Assembly (NCBI RefSeq): GCF_018350175.1
Contig: NC_058382.1
Span: 17,918,001-17,982,000 of the forward strand
Length of the DNA: 64,000 nucleotides
Source: Felis catus
Lineage: Eukaryota
Reading direction: 5' to 3'
Of the stretch, positions 1 to 21,500 are shown piece by piece (positions within the stretch are counted from its first letter, which is position 1; each line of letters starts with the position of its first letter). The notes under the pieces were generated by a model. It was not told the origin of the DNA, ran no database searches, and saw nothing but the letters and a program-made list of their open reading frames with translations. A program made the position numbers and the translations under genes.

Positions 1-1721
1 CCTCCCTCTCAGCCCAACCATTCTGGTCTCCCCGAGCCCCATAAAAGCTGGGATTATCCACAGATAGTTGGCCACCGACAGTGGCCCTGGATCAGAGTCT
101 CTGCTCAGCAAATAGTTGTTGAATGGTCATTTCTGCTTTCACTCGTCCCCATACATGTCAAAGGCTAGGTGGGGCTTGGGATGGAGGTGTGGGAGAGAGA
201 TGCTATCAAAGATCTACCCAGCTGGGCTAGGAGTGCCCATATACTCTGTGACCAATCAGTCACTCCCCACCCCTCCAAGACACCTGTGGACCGTCTAGAC
301 TAGGGACAATGAAGAGGTGGCAGGGCTAGGTGGTGGTTTCCCCACCTGAGGGTAAATGCTCCCTCTGAACACATCAAGACTCCTAGCACAGCTGTGCTTA
401 GTGCTTTCCTAAGCCCGGGGTTAAGCAACATTATGGCAGGACCTTGATAGCCTGGAGGGAAGAGAATGCCTAGAGGGCACTTACCCTATCCTAGGCCTTG
501 GGAGATCCCTGTGGGAATACCAGCGCTGAGGAGCACCTTCCTGGGCGGGCAGGATTTGCATCAAGGTGGAACATAAACATGACATTAAAGCCTTGCTTCT
601 GACACATCCCCTCTGGGACGGGGAGGGAACGGGGCAGGCGGCTGGCCACTAGAACAGGGAAGGCCTGGGGTGGTGCTGGAGGAAATGGAGAGCACGTGAA
701 CTTGACCGGTTGACCTGTGAGCTGGGAGTCTTCTCACCCCCCCCCCCCCACAGTCCTTGAAATGTGCATTCTCCTCCACCACCCCACCCCACATGCTACC
801 CCAAGGATATAGCCTTGACACTGATGTGGTATTAGATAGTATGTGACTGAATCCAGTTAAAACCTCTATATATAAACTTTTGGGATTTGGCAGGTGGGTG
901 CAGAGATCGTCATCCTGCAGCCACAAGATAAGCCTTGTATGTTTAAGTTCCATTATTAAACTTGTCACCGACCAACTGGAGTGGCTGCCTCTTTCTTCTC
1001 TGCCCTCTGAATAATGAGGCTGGTCTCTGACTACACCTGAGAAGTTCCCAAAGAATTTGTGAAACAAGAGGTAGGGAGGGCAGCATCCAGGACGATGCCC
1101 AAGTTGGGCTCAGCTGCTGTGCTAGTTGGCTGCAGTGGTCTCTGTACTCCATACTAAGAAGACTCCAGCCAGGATTTGATCTGAGGGCTACAGAACTGAA
1201 CCAAAGCACCTCAGAGCTCATAAAAGGGCCAAACCCAGAATTCAGGTGGTTGGACTGTTCAGTATGCAATGGGGAATCCCAGAAGGTTGTAAGCAAGGAG
1301 GATGCACTAATAAAACTGGGATTTCAGATACATCCCCTTGGCCTCCATATGAAGGGTGGATTGGAAGGGGAGATTAGGGCTGAGAGTCTAGGAGGTAAGC
1401 AGCCAGGGAAGGGCCCAGGCTGTGAGGAAAAGCCTCTGAGAAATATATTCTTCGATTCTAGCTCCCTTCTATCACCTGTTCCCTGCCACTGCTCAAAGAT
1501 TATCTATTCCAAGCCCCCAGTCTATCCTGGAAAAAGGAAGAGCCGGGGAACTGCTGCAGAACACAGGACAAACCAGTGTTGGCCAGTTTCCTAGCCTACC
1601 TGGCTTCAAAGCCAGAACAAGGGCCTCTAGAACCCAGTGAATAAGGTATTGGTAGATAGTTCCAAAGAGAGAGAGCAAGAGAGAGAGAAAGATGGAGACA
1701 GAAACAACTTTCCAAATACTG

Positions 1722-1727
1722 TTTACT
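1722..1727 (-). terminator. Probable variant poly(A) signal (AGTAAA) of TMEM147
   Basis: TTTACT on the plus strand, 54 nt past the stop codon, followed by a U/GU-rich tract on the minus strand. Confidence 0.55.
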
Positions 1728-3099
1728 TCACAGAAACCCGGAGGCAGGGAAAGGGTATGTGAATGTCTGAGACATCAAGCCTAGGAGTGCACGTTGACAA
1801 CAGCGACATAGAGGGCGAGGGTGCTGAGGGCCAGCAGCCCTGTCACCACTGCTCGGGCCAGCAGTGCTGTCCAGCTGCCCAGGGAGCAAAGGTGGACGAA
1901 GGTCCTGTAAGGAAACATCACAATGAGGAAAGGAGAATAGATAATCCACCCCCATTTGGACCCAACATCAAACCCCACCCAGCTCACTCCATGACAAAGG
2001 CCTTGTAGACGCTAAGGAACATCAGTAGGAGGACTGCTGGCCGAAAAGTGTGGTATAGGTCGTAGCGTGTTATCATCCAGACCTGGGCAGATGCAACGAT
2101 GTAATGGACCTGCAGGGAGGTGGGAAGTCAGGACCAGGTTTTGGGAAGAGTACAGCCACCAGCAAAAAGGTGTGTGGGAGAACAAGACTTCGTACCAGAC
2201 TGATGTTGGAGTCGATGCTCATCTGGATGTACTTCCAGTCAAACTCAATGCCCCGGGCTCCAACCCAGAGGGGGATGCAGCTGAGGAAGGCAAAGGGAGG
2301 GATTCTCCAGCACCCTCAGCACCCAGAGTCTGAGCCCCCACCCTCCAGCACCTCCTTAGAACCCAGGTATCCTTTCTTAGGAATCTGGGCTCCAGGCTGC
2401 TGCACACACCGGGACATAATGAGCTCGGCGGTGGCCCAGCCCAGGGCAGCAACCATGATCTTGTACTCCCCCTTGCCTGCATTCCGGGACATGACAAGGT
2501 TTAGGCCTATCAGGTCTGCCACATCCACGCTGGCCTTCATGAACTCCTGTGGGTCAGGTTGAGGCTTGAGTGAGCACAGGTGCCAGGGGGCCCCACTCCT
2601 ACACTCCTGCCCCCTCCCTTGTCCCACTCACCCCAATGAAGTCATAGATGCCGCCTTCCCAGGTGGGAAAAAAAGTGGCCAGGAACAGCATCTGAGAAAA
2701 CAGAAAGATCACTGCAAGGTGAGGGGAATAACCCAGGTGGGATATGCAGGAAATTAGCGTGGGTGTGGAGGGTAGAGCTCTGGGGGTTCAGGGACCCTTG
2801 TGGAAAGGGAGCAAGAGGCGGGCAAGATGACAGGATCAGGGGAGACAAGGGGGTAGGGGTCTGAAGTTTGGGTTCCGTGGTGGTCACAGGGGATCGGGTT
2901 AGGCAAGGAGGTGCCGAAGCTAGCTATAGCTACCCCGGCAGTGTCAGCAGCACTGTGTGGACCTTGGGGTTAGTTCGCGGCTCCTGCAAGTACAAAACAC
3001 TCCACCACACAACTGAGTTTTCTCAATTTTACTAAACTGCTATACAAAAGTTGTTTGGAGACGTCGCCCCAAGTTCCGCCCCTTCCAGAGCCCATTTTT

Positions 3100-13841
<10,742 letters not shown>

Positions 13842-13932
13842 GGCCTAAGGTTTCATTGCCTGGTCGCTCTGGGAGCTGCCGGGACGTTACTGTGGTGCGG
13901 GGCGCCCAAGCTAGTGGGGTCGGAGCGTCTCG

Positions 13933-14036
13933 CCGTGACGTCACGGTGCCCTGTGACGTCACAGAGGAGGCGGTGCGAAGCGTGTGACGTCCGCCCGCGT
14001 GCACCACAGCCCCCAGGCCGCCCGCCACTGACGTCT
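13933..14036. promoter_or_regulatory. Cluster of CRE elements in the GAPDHS proximal promoter
   Basis: Perfect TGACGTCA at 13936-13943 and 13954-13961, each inside a 14-bp palindrome; 7/8 matches at 13985-13992 and 14029-14036. Confidence 0.8.
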
Positions 14037-14076
14037 AGAATAGAATCCAACTTTTTACACTGGTCCCCAAAGCCCT

Positions 14077-14078
<2 letters not shown>

Positions 14079-14122
<44 letters not shown>
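14079..14122. repeat. (TC)22 microsatellite
   Basis: Direct reading. Confidence 0.95.
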
Positions 14123-14125
<3 letters not shown>

Positions 14126-15363
14126 GGGCACACTGGCTGTGTGCTGCTCCTTGACCCTCCTCTGGTTAGTTAGCTGCCTAGCTGCGGTTTGTTTGTTTGT
14201 TTTTGCCTGGAAAGCCGTGTCCTTGCTCGGCTGCCTCCTGGCTTCCCTCCGGCGCCACCCTTTAAGGGAGGCCCTCCTGACTCCCATCTGAAGTTCTGTC
14301 CTGCCTCAATCACTACCGACCATCGCCCTCACCCCCTCAACCCGCCTATCTCCCAGGGAGCTTTGTCCGACTTTGCTCCCTGAGTTAGATGTTCCAGTGC
14401 GCAAAACTCCGTCGTTATACTCCCTACATTTTTATTTTTCTCACAGCAAATGTCTCTCCCTAAAAATCATCTTGTTTATTCGTTTTCTTGCCGGGTGTCT
14501 CTGCCCCCTAGACTCTTGGAGGGCAGAATGCTTGTCTACCTTCACTTTTCTGTCCCACTGACTAGAGGAAGGGTTGGCACCTACAGTGCTCACTCAATAA
14601 ATACCAGAGTGAATACAGAAATATTGCATCCTCACATTTCTTCTGACTCCCAATCTTAAATTTAAGCGACCTCCAAGTCAGATCCTCTCACAGCATCCCA
14701 TTCTTCTTGTGGCTTTTCACATAGTTTGTCATGATCTAGTTATTAATTTACTTGCTCAGTGTATCCCCTGTCGTTCACCATGGGGCCTCCACCACCTAAA
14801 ACTGTGCCAGGGCAAAGCAGCTTCTGGGACAGATGGACCGATGGCTCCTTTCCTCTAAAGCACTGGGGGTGGGGGCTTGCTTGCACATCTGTGACTCACA
14901 GGCAAGGGCCTTCACCTGCAGGGCTAGCTGACACACAGCTGTGACCAAGATTTAGGGAGTGTGGGGTTTTGGGTCAAGAGGGAGTCACCATCTCAGAGAG
15001 AGGTGTGGAAGCCAGAAGAGGCAGAATGACACCATAACCTCTTCCTTCCCCAAGCCTTCGTGGGAACTCCGTTTGCCAAGCACCTGCCATGGGACAGGGT
15101 GAAGGTGAGCTCTCCTGTTTGGATGCTTCAGGGAAGGGGAACTGAAAATAAATTGGGTGTACAGATGGGGAAATTTCAATGACTCAAGACCAAAATACAG
15201 GTATTAATTAAAAGGGGGACAAACTTAACATGTATCATGGGGGCTGTGGAAGATCACCCAAATGAAACCAGGACTGAAGAGGGGCCAGTTTTGTACAACT
15301 TTACAATGACAGATGTGGAAAGCTAGATGCAATTAAAAATTTTCTTAGAAAATATAAAGGGGT

Positions 15364-15522
15364 GGGGCACCTAGGTGGCTCAGTCTGTTGAGTGACCGAC
15401 TTCAGGTCATGATCTCATGGTTCACAAGTTCGAGCCCTGCGTGGGGCTCTGTGCTGACAGCTCAGAGCCTGGAGCCTGCTTTGGATTCTGTGTCTTCTTC
15501 TCTCTCCGCCTCTTCCCTGGTG

Positions 15523-15563
<41 letters not shown>

Positions 15564-15573
15564 ATAAACATTA
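15364..15573 (+). mobile_element. SINEC
   Basis: Head, body and tail present; TSD AGAAAATATAAAGG. Confidence 0.9.
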
Positions 15574-15719
15574 AGAAAATATAAAGGATCAACAGTGGTG
15601 TAAAAAGAAATGACAAATCTGAGCCGGCCAATAACAAAAGAAGAAACAGAGTTAAGATTTATCCTCCCAAAGGCTGACCCAGATCCAGATGACTTTATGG
15701 GCAAGATCTGCTAAAGCAG

Positions 15720-15957
15720 AGGTGCCTGCGTGGCTCAGTCGGTTAGGTGTCAGACTTTGGCTCAGGTCATGATCTCGTTGTTTGTGAGTTCGAGCCCTAT
15801 TTCGGGCTCTGTGCTGACAGCTCAGAGCCTGGAGCCTGCTTCAGATTCTGTGTCTCCCTCTCTCTCTCTCTGCCCCTCCCCCCACTCACACTGTTTCTCT
15901 CTCTTTCTCTCTCTCTCTCAAAAATAAACATTAAAAAAAATAAGAATAATTAAAAAA
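15720..15957 (+). mobile_element. SINEC
   Basis: Head, body and tail present; TSD AAGATCTGCYAAAGC. Confidence 0.9.
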
Positions 15958-16939
15958 AGATCTGCCAAAGCCTCAGGAACGAGTGTTCGCCAGCGCATAG
16001 GAATGGTTGCAGATCCTAACCAGAGCAGGGAGGCCCTGGGCAGGGCATGTGCTCTCTGAGGCCGTGTGTGTGCTCCCACCGCTCCCTCCCGGGGACCGTT
16101 TGCTGTGACGCTGGGCCACAGAAACCTCTTTGACTTGCTTTAGAGAAGCAACAGGGCCACATGACCAAAGCCAACAGAGGACGGCAAAGGAAGGACGACT
16201 CCAGGCCGGTCTCTTATGGCGTCAGATGCCAAAGTCCTGAATCAAGCAGTGGCAAATGGGAACGGGCCTGAGAAGCACTGGGGCTGCCGGGAGATGGTGG
16301 GATGGGCAGAGAGAGGGGTGGAAGGATACGATGGAGTGCATTTCAAAAGGAGAAACCCCACCTCTCAATCTCAGGGCGGATTAGGATTCTGAAGTTCACC
16401 ACCCGCCCCTCCCCACCCTGCAATCTCCTGGCACGGGAAACTCCCTCATTTAGGCACCGGACAAGGGCAGAAGAGCCACACCTGAGGTTGCCCAGGGATT
16501 TGGCTTTGTCCCTGGAGCGTGAAACTGGGAGACAGATTTAATGAGTTCAAGCTTGGAGACGTGGCACGGTTTGTCGCCCTCTACAGGAGTGCCTAGAAAT
16601 GGCAGAAGCCCCTGGGTCTCGGCCTGGGCGTCAGGACCCCGGGTGGCACCATGGGTCCTCCAAGGGGGGTGGGCCTTTGAACAGAGCTGACAACACGTGC
16701 AGATTCTCACCACACCTGGGCACCCACGCACATAACTCTGCCACCCCCGCTCACTCACACCCTGTACATTCCTTCCCGTGAGCCTTCCCACCGGGAATCC
16801 CACCTCCACCCCCTCTCTGTCTCTCCCTTTGGCATCAAAACCCAAATCTCTTTCACCCCTGCACCCAACTTACCCACACACTGGCTCTCATTCTTCTGGT
16901 CTCCGCCTGCCTCTAAACTAGCCCCAGATAACGATGCTG

Positions 16940-17849
16940 CCACAGACCGACCGGCCACCACCCGCCCTTCCTTCTGGTGACCTTTGTCATGCCCAGGCTA
17001 GACTCCCGGCTGTTCCCCTCCGACCCCTGCCACCATGTGAGCGCTTGGGGCTTTAGGCTGGGACCGAGGAGGCCCCAGGGGGGAGGAGGGAAGGAAGGAT
17101 GAGCCCCTGGCCTCCAGCCCAGGTTCTAGCTGACACTCTCTGGCTGCCCCCGGTCTTCGGCCCCTCCCCGTGGCTGCCTCAACCGGCTTTTCAGGAGACA
17201 CTGCGTCCTGTCCCAACGCATGGCAATCAGTCCTCTGCCCTTGCCCAAGGCCTAGGAAGCAGGAGCCAAGGTTCTGTTATGAGAATGTGTCCTGGCTCCA
17301 AAGTCTGTAACCCTCCCCAAGGGGCCCTATGCTGCTCTGGGGACCCAGGCACCCCTCTCTCCAGCACCCTCTGAGACTCAGGCTCCCTTAGCAAGCATAC
17401 TATGTGTACTTACATCACATACTTTTGGGGAGTGCTTCTTTTAATCCATCCACTTGTTTAGCCTGGAAATATTAACTGAACCCCAGGCAATGTTCTAAAA
17501 ATTGAGGATGTAGCAGTGACCAACACAAAAGCCCTGTCCTCTGGAAGTTTACAATCTGATAGGTGATGCAGACAATATAGAAGATAATTTTGGGTCATGG
17601 TAAATACTTATAAAAATAAAAACAAAAGGATGATATCATCCAATATAACTGAGAGACAGCCAGAACTTGGGCTGGAGGCCAGGGGCTCATCCTTCCTTCC
17701 CTCCTCCCCCCCGGGGCCTCCTCGGTCCCAGCCTAAAGCCCCAAGCGCTCACATGGTGGCAGGGGTCGGAGGGGAACAGCCGGGAGTCTAGCCTGGGCAT
17801 GACAAAGGTCACCAGAAGGAAGGGCGGGTGGTGGCCGGTCGGTCTGTGG
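16940..17849. repeat. Inverted repeat: 193-bp arms (16940-17132 and 17657-17849) with a 524-bp spacer
   Basis: The arms are reverse complements, with 3 mismatches by manual comparison; the ORFs 16998-17216(-) and 17597-17791(+) share a near-identical tail. Confidence 0.93.
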
Positions 17850-18050
17850 GAAGGTTCTTGTTTTGTTTTGTTTCGTTTTTTGTTTTTAGAAGGCTACATT
17901 TGAGTCAAGAGCAGAATAAGGAAGAACCCACCACGTGAAGATCTGAGTTGTGCGTTGCAGACAGGGAAGACGGCAAGTGCAAAGGCCATGGAGGCAGGAA
18001 TAAACCTGGTGTGTCTGAGGACCAGGGAGAAGACCCATGGGGCTGGGACG
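17445..18050 (-). mobile_element. L2 fragment, interrupted by the right arm of the inverted repeat
   Basis: L2-like text on both sides of the arm ('ccaggcaatgttcta...gcagtgac...gccctgtcctc' and 'acatttgag...gcaagtgcaaaggccatggaggcagg'). Confidence 0.65.
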
Positions 18051-18371
18051 CGGTAAGTGTAGGGCAGGGGGCATCTACTGGAACAGTAAGAGCAAGGTCT
18101 GATGACTCCTTCAACTCCCTAAGAGTGCTCTCCTTCCCTTGACTGCACCTCCCATCGCCCCAGACTCTCACTACTGGGGAAACTGGATCCTTCTGTCCCC
18201 CAAGAGGAATGAAGAGCCAGGCCTGGGTCGTGAGGATGGGGGTGCTGGAAGGTGGGGTTGGGAGAGAGGAGACCTGGACGGTGGGGGAGGAATGAAAAGA
18301 GGGGGTGGTTGGAAGGGAGGCCATCTGGGCTTTGGGGTGGAGGGCCTGAAATGGGCAAGAGGCAAAGATGC

Positions 18372-18538
18372 CACGTGAGTGTTCTCCATTCATGACTCAC
18401 CCTCTCTGCCTCCTCCTCTTCATTGCTCAACTCAAAGCTCTCTGGGAAATACCTCCCTGACTGGGGACCAAGTCAGTGCCTCACAGGGTAATTGAGTCAT
18501 GAGGGGTGGAGAAGAGGGAGGGAGGTAGAGGATAAATA
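18372..18538 (+). promoter_or_regulatory. SBSN proximal promoter: E-box, two AP-1 sites, TATA-like GATAAATA
   Basis: CACGTG 18372-18377; TGACTCA 18393-18399; TGAGTCA 18493-18499; GATAAATA 18531-18538; ATG at 18591. Confidence 0.7.
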
Positions 18539-18590
18539 GCAGCTTTGCTTCTCTGGCTCCTCTCTGCATCCTCCCCACCCTGCCAACAAC

Positions 18591-21500
18591 ATGCACCTTG
18601 CCAGTTTGCTCAGCTCCTGCTCCCTCCTACTGCTCTGGGGGGCCCTTCCTGGATGGGCGGCCAATGATGACCCCATTGAGAAGGTCATTGAAGGAATCAA
18701 CCGAGGGCTGAGCAATGCAGAGAGAGAGGTGGGCAAGGCCCTGGAAGGCATCAATAATGGAATCACTCATGCTGGAAGGGAAGTGGAGAAAGTTTTTAAT
18801 GGACTTAGCCACATGGGGAGCCAAGCTGGCAAGGAGCTGGACAAGGGCGTCCAGGGGCTCAACAACGGCTTGGACAAGGTAGCCCATGGGATCAACAATG
18901 GCATCGGACAAGCAGGAAAGGAAGCAGAGAAGTTTGTCCATGGGGTCAACAACGCTGCTGGACAGGTTGGGAAGGAGGCAGACAAAGTGATTCAGGGGGT
19001 CCATCATGGGGTCAACCAGGCGGGAAGCGAGGCAGGGAGGTTTGGCCAGGGGGTCCACCATACTGCTGGGCAGGCAGGGAATGAGGCGGGGAGGTTTGGC
19101 CAGGGGGTCCATCATGGGGTCAACCAGGCTGGGAAGGAGGCAGAGAAGTTTGGTCAGGGGATCCATCATGGGGTCAACCAGGCTGGGAAGGAGGCAGAGA
19201 AGTTTGGTCAGGGGATCCATCATGGGGTCAACCAGGCTGGGAAGGAGGCAGAGAAGTTTGGTCAGGGGATCCATCATGGGGTCAACCAGGCTGGGAAGGA
19301 GGCAGAGAAGTTTGGTCAGGGGATCCATCATGGGGTCAACCAGGCTGGGAAGGAGGCAGAGAAGTTTGGTCAGGGGATCCATCATGGGGTCAACCAGGCT
19401 GGGAAGGAGGCAGAGAAGTTTGGTCAGGGGATCCATCATGGGGTCAACCAGGCTGGGAAGGAGGCAGAGAAGTTTGGTCAGGGGATCCATCATGGGGTCA
19501 GCCAGGCTGGGAAGGAGGCAGAGAAGTTTGGTCAGGGGATCCATCATGGGGTCAACCAGGCTGGGAAGGAGGCAGAGAAGTTTGGTCAGGGGATCCATCA
19601 TGGGGTCAGCCAGGCTGGGAAGGAGGCAGAGAAGTTTGGTCAGGGGATCCATCATGGGGTCAGCCAGGCTGGGAAGGAGGCAGAGAAGTTTGGTCAGGGG
19701 ATCCATCATGGGGTCAGTCAGGCTGGGAAGGAGGCAGAGAAGTTTGGTCAGGGGATCCATCATGGGGTCAGCCAGGCTGGGAAGGAGGCAGAGAAGTTTG
19801 GTCAGGGGGTGCACCATGGGGTTAGCCAGGCTGGGAAGGAGGCAGAGAAGTTTGGTCACGATGTTCATTATGCTGCAGGGCAGGCTGGGGGAGAGGGAGA
19901 CAAAATAGTCCAAGGGGTCCATCCTGGAGTCAACCAGGCTGGGAAGGAGGTGGAGCAGTTTGGCCAGGGAGTCCACAATGGGGCTAATGAGGCCTGGAAG
20001 GAGGCAGAGAGGTTTGGCCAGGAGGCCAACTATGCTGCAGGACAGGGTGGGAAAGAGGGAGAGAAAGTGGTCCCAGGGGTCCACCAGGGAGTCAACCAGG
20101 CTGGGAAGGAGGTGGAGCACTTTGGCCAGGGCGTTCACCATGCCGTTGAACAGGCCGGAAAGGAGGCAGACAGAGTGGTCCAAGGGGTCCACGATGGGGT
20201 CAACCAGGCCGGGAAGGAGGCAGAGAAATTTGGTCAAGGGGTCAACCACGCTGCCGGCCAGGCTGGAAAGGAAGCGGAGAAACTTGGCCAAGGTGTCCAC
20301 CATGCTGCTGGCCAGGCCGGGAAGGAGGTGGACAGGTTGCAGCAGAATGTTCATAATGGGGTCAACCAAGCCGGCAAGGAGGCCAACAAGCTGCTGAATG
20401 TAGGTGAACAGGGGTGGGGAACTGGGGAGAAGGGGCTGGGGGGAGGGAAAGTTAAACCCTTGGGACATTTGGGTAGTCCATGTAGCCTGGGTTCGGTGAA
20501 AGAAGCTTGGGCAGCTCCATGGCCACGCTCCCTCTCTGGGCTCAGCTGGTCAGATGGATCAAACCACCTCATGGCAAAGCCCTGTATCAGACAGCGTGAA
20601 AGGGGCCCAGCCCCACCTTCAGGGAGCTGCCCTCCCAGTTGAGGAGGTGTAAAGAGAGGCACACGAAGCCCCTCCTGGGGAACAGGAAGTGGTTACTGGG
20701 CCAAGGTCTGTGGCAGTGCAAACAGAGTGAGTGTTGAGAAAACCCAGAGCATCAGAGGAAGCATGGGGAATGGCTTCTGGAGACAAGCCCTTTTCTGCCT
20801 CATTTTCATAACAAGCCTCTGAGGTAGGCAGGGTGAGGGTGCGGACTCCCTGATTCTCAGATAAGGAAATGGAAGCTCACTGAGGTTTTCAGGGGACTTG
20901 CCAAGGTCCTGTGGCTAGCACTCAGCAGAACGGGCACCAAGGAGGGGGCATGGGGACCAGAAGGCTGACCCCTGCCTGCCTCAATTCCCCACGCTCCAAT
21001 CTCCGCGAAGAATCTTTAGGACACCATCTTGAGGACTGGCCCAGACCTCGACCTTGAAGCCGACAGCCACATCGGCTGCCAGGCAGGGACCCAGGGGTGG
21101 GTGGGGAGGAAGGGACTCTGCAGAAAGTATACGGGGTGGAGGGGTGGGCTCTGGGTCAGACAGCAGTCTTCGTTGGGAGGAGGTCAGGAGGGGGAGGTTT
21201 GTTGTGGGATTCAAGGCTGACCACAGCAGCAGAGGCGCTGCTGAGTATCTGGGGATAAAATTAGGACAGGGATCAACCCAAGTTAGGGATCAGGTCAGAG
21301 GGGGTAGAGCCGAGGTCGGGCTGAGGTCGCACTAGGATCTGTGTGGGTTCTCTGGGTTCCCTTTCCAGTCAGGGCCTTCTCAGCAACAGGGCATTGCGTT
21401 AAGTGAAATAAGAGGGAATTGGGGGAAGACTAGTCAGGAGGGGGCAGACATCCTTCCAGGCTTTTCTTCTCATCTCACAGAATTCCCACAGCAACATGGG

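Larger units (their letters stand above)
15300..16265 (+). mobile_element. Old L1 ORF2 fragment interrupted by two SINECs
   Basis: Degenerate 'ccagatgactttatgggcaagatctgccaaag' and 'ccaggccggtctcttatggcgtcagatgccaaagtcctgaatc' resemble the ORF2 segments GPDGFTGEFYQ and YRPISLMNIDAKILN. Confidence 0.6.

Noticed and set aside
1-1700. 3' end of ATP4A, expected next door by synteny
   Set aside because: No recognisable ATP4A coding exon lies in the window, and the ORFs here resemble nothing I recognise
17029-17040. Perfect Kozak start-stop GCCACCATGTGA in the inverted-repeat arm
   Set aside because: No evidence of a transcript; plausible by chance
19152-19799. CRISPR-like regular array
   Set aside because: Head-to-tail coding repeats with no unique spacers, in a mammalian genome
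18627-20468. 613-aa antisense ORF and 300-aa Arg-rich alternative-frame ORF over SBSN
   Set aside because: They are by-products of a stop-free 54-bp tandem repeat, with no independent promoter or splice support
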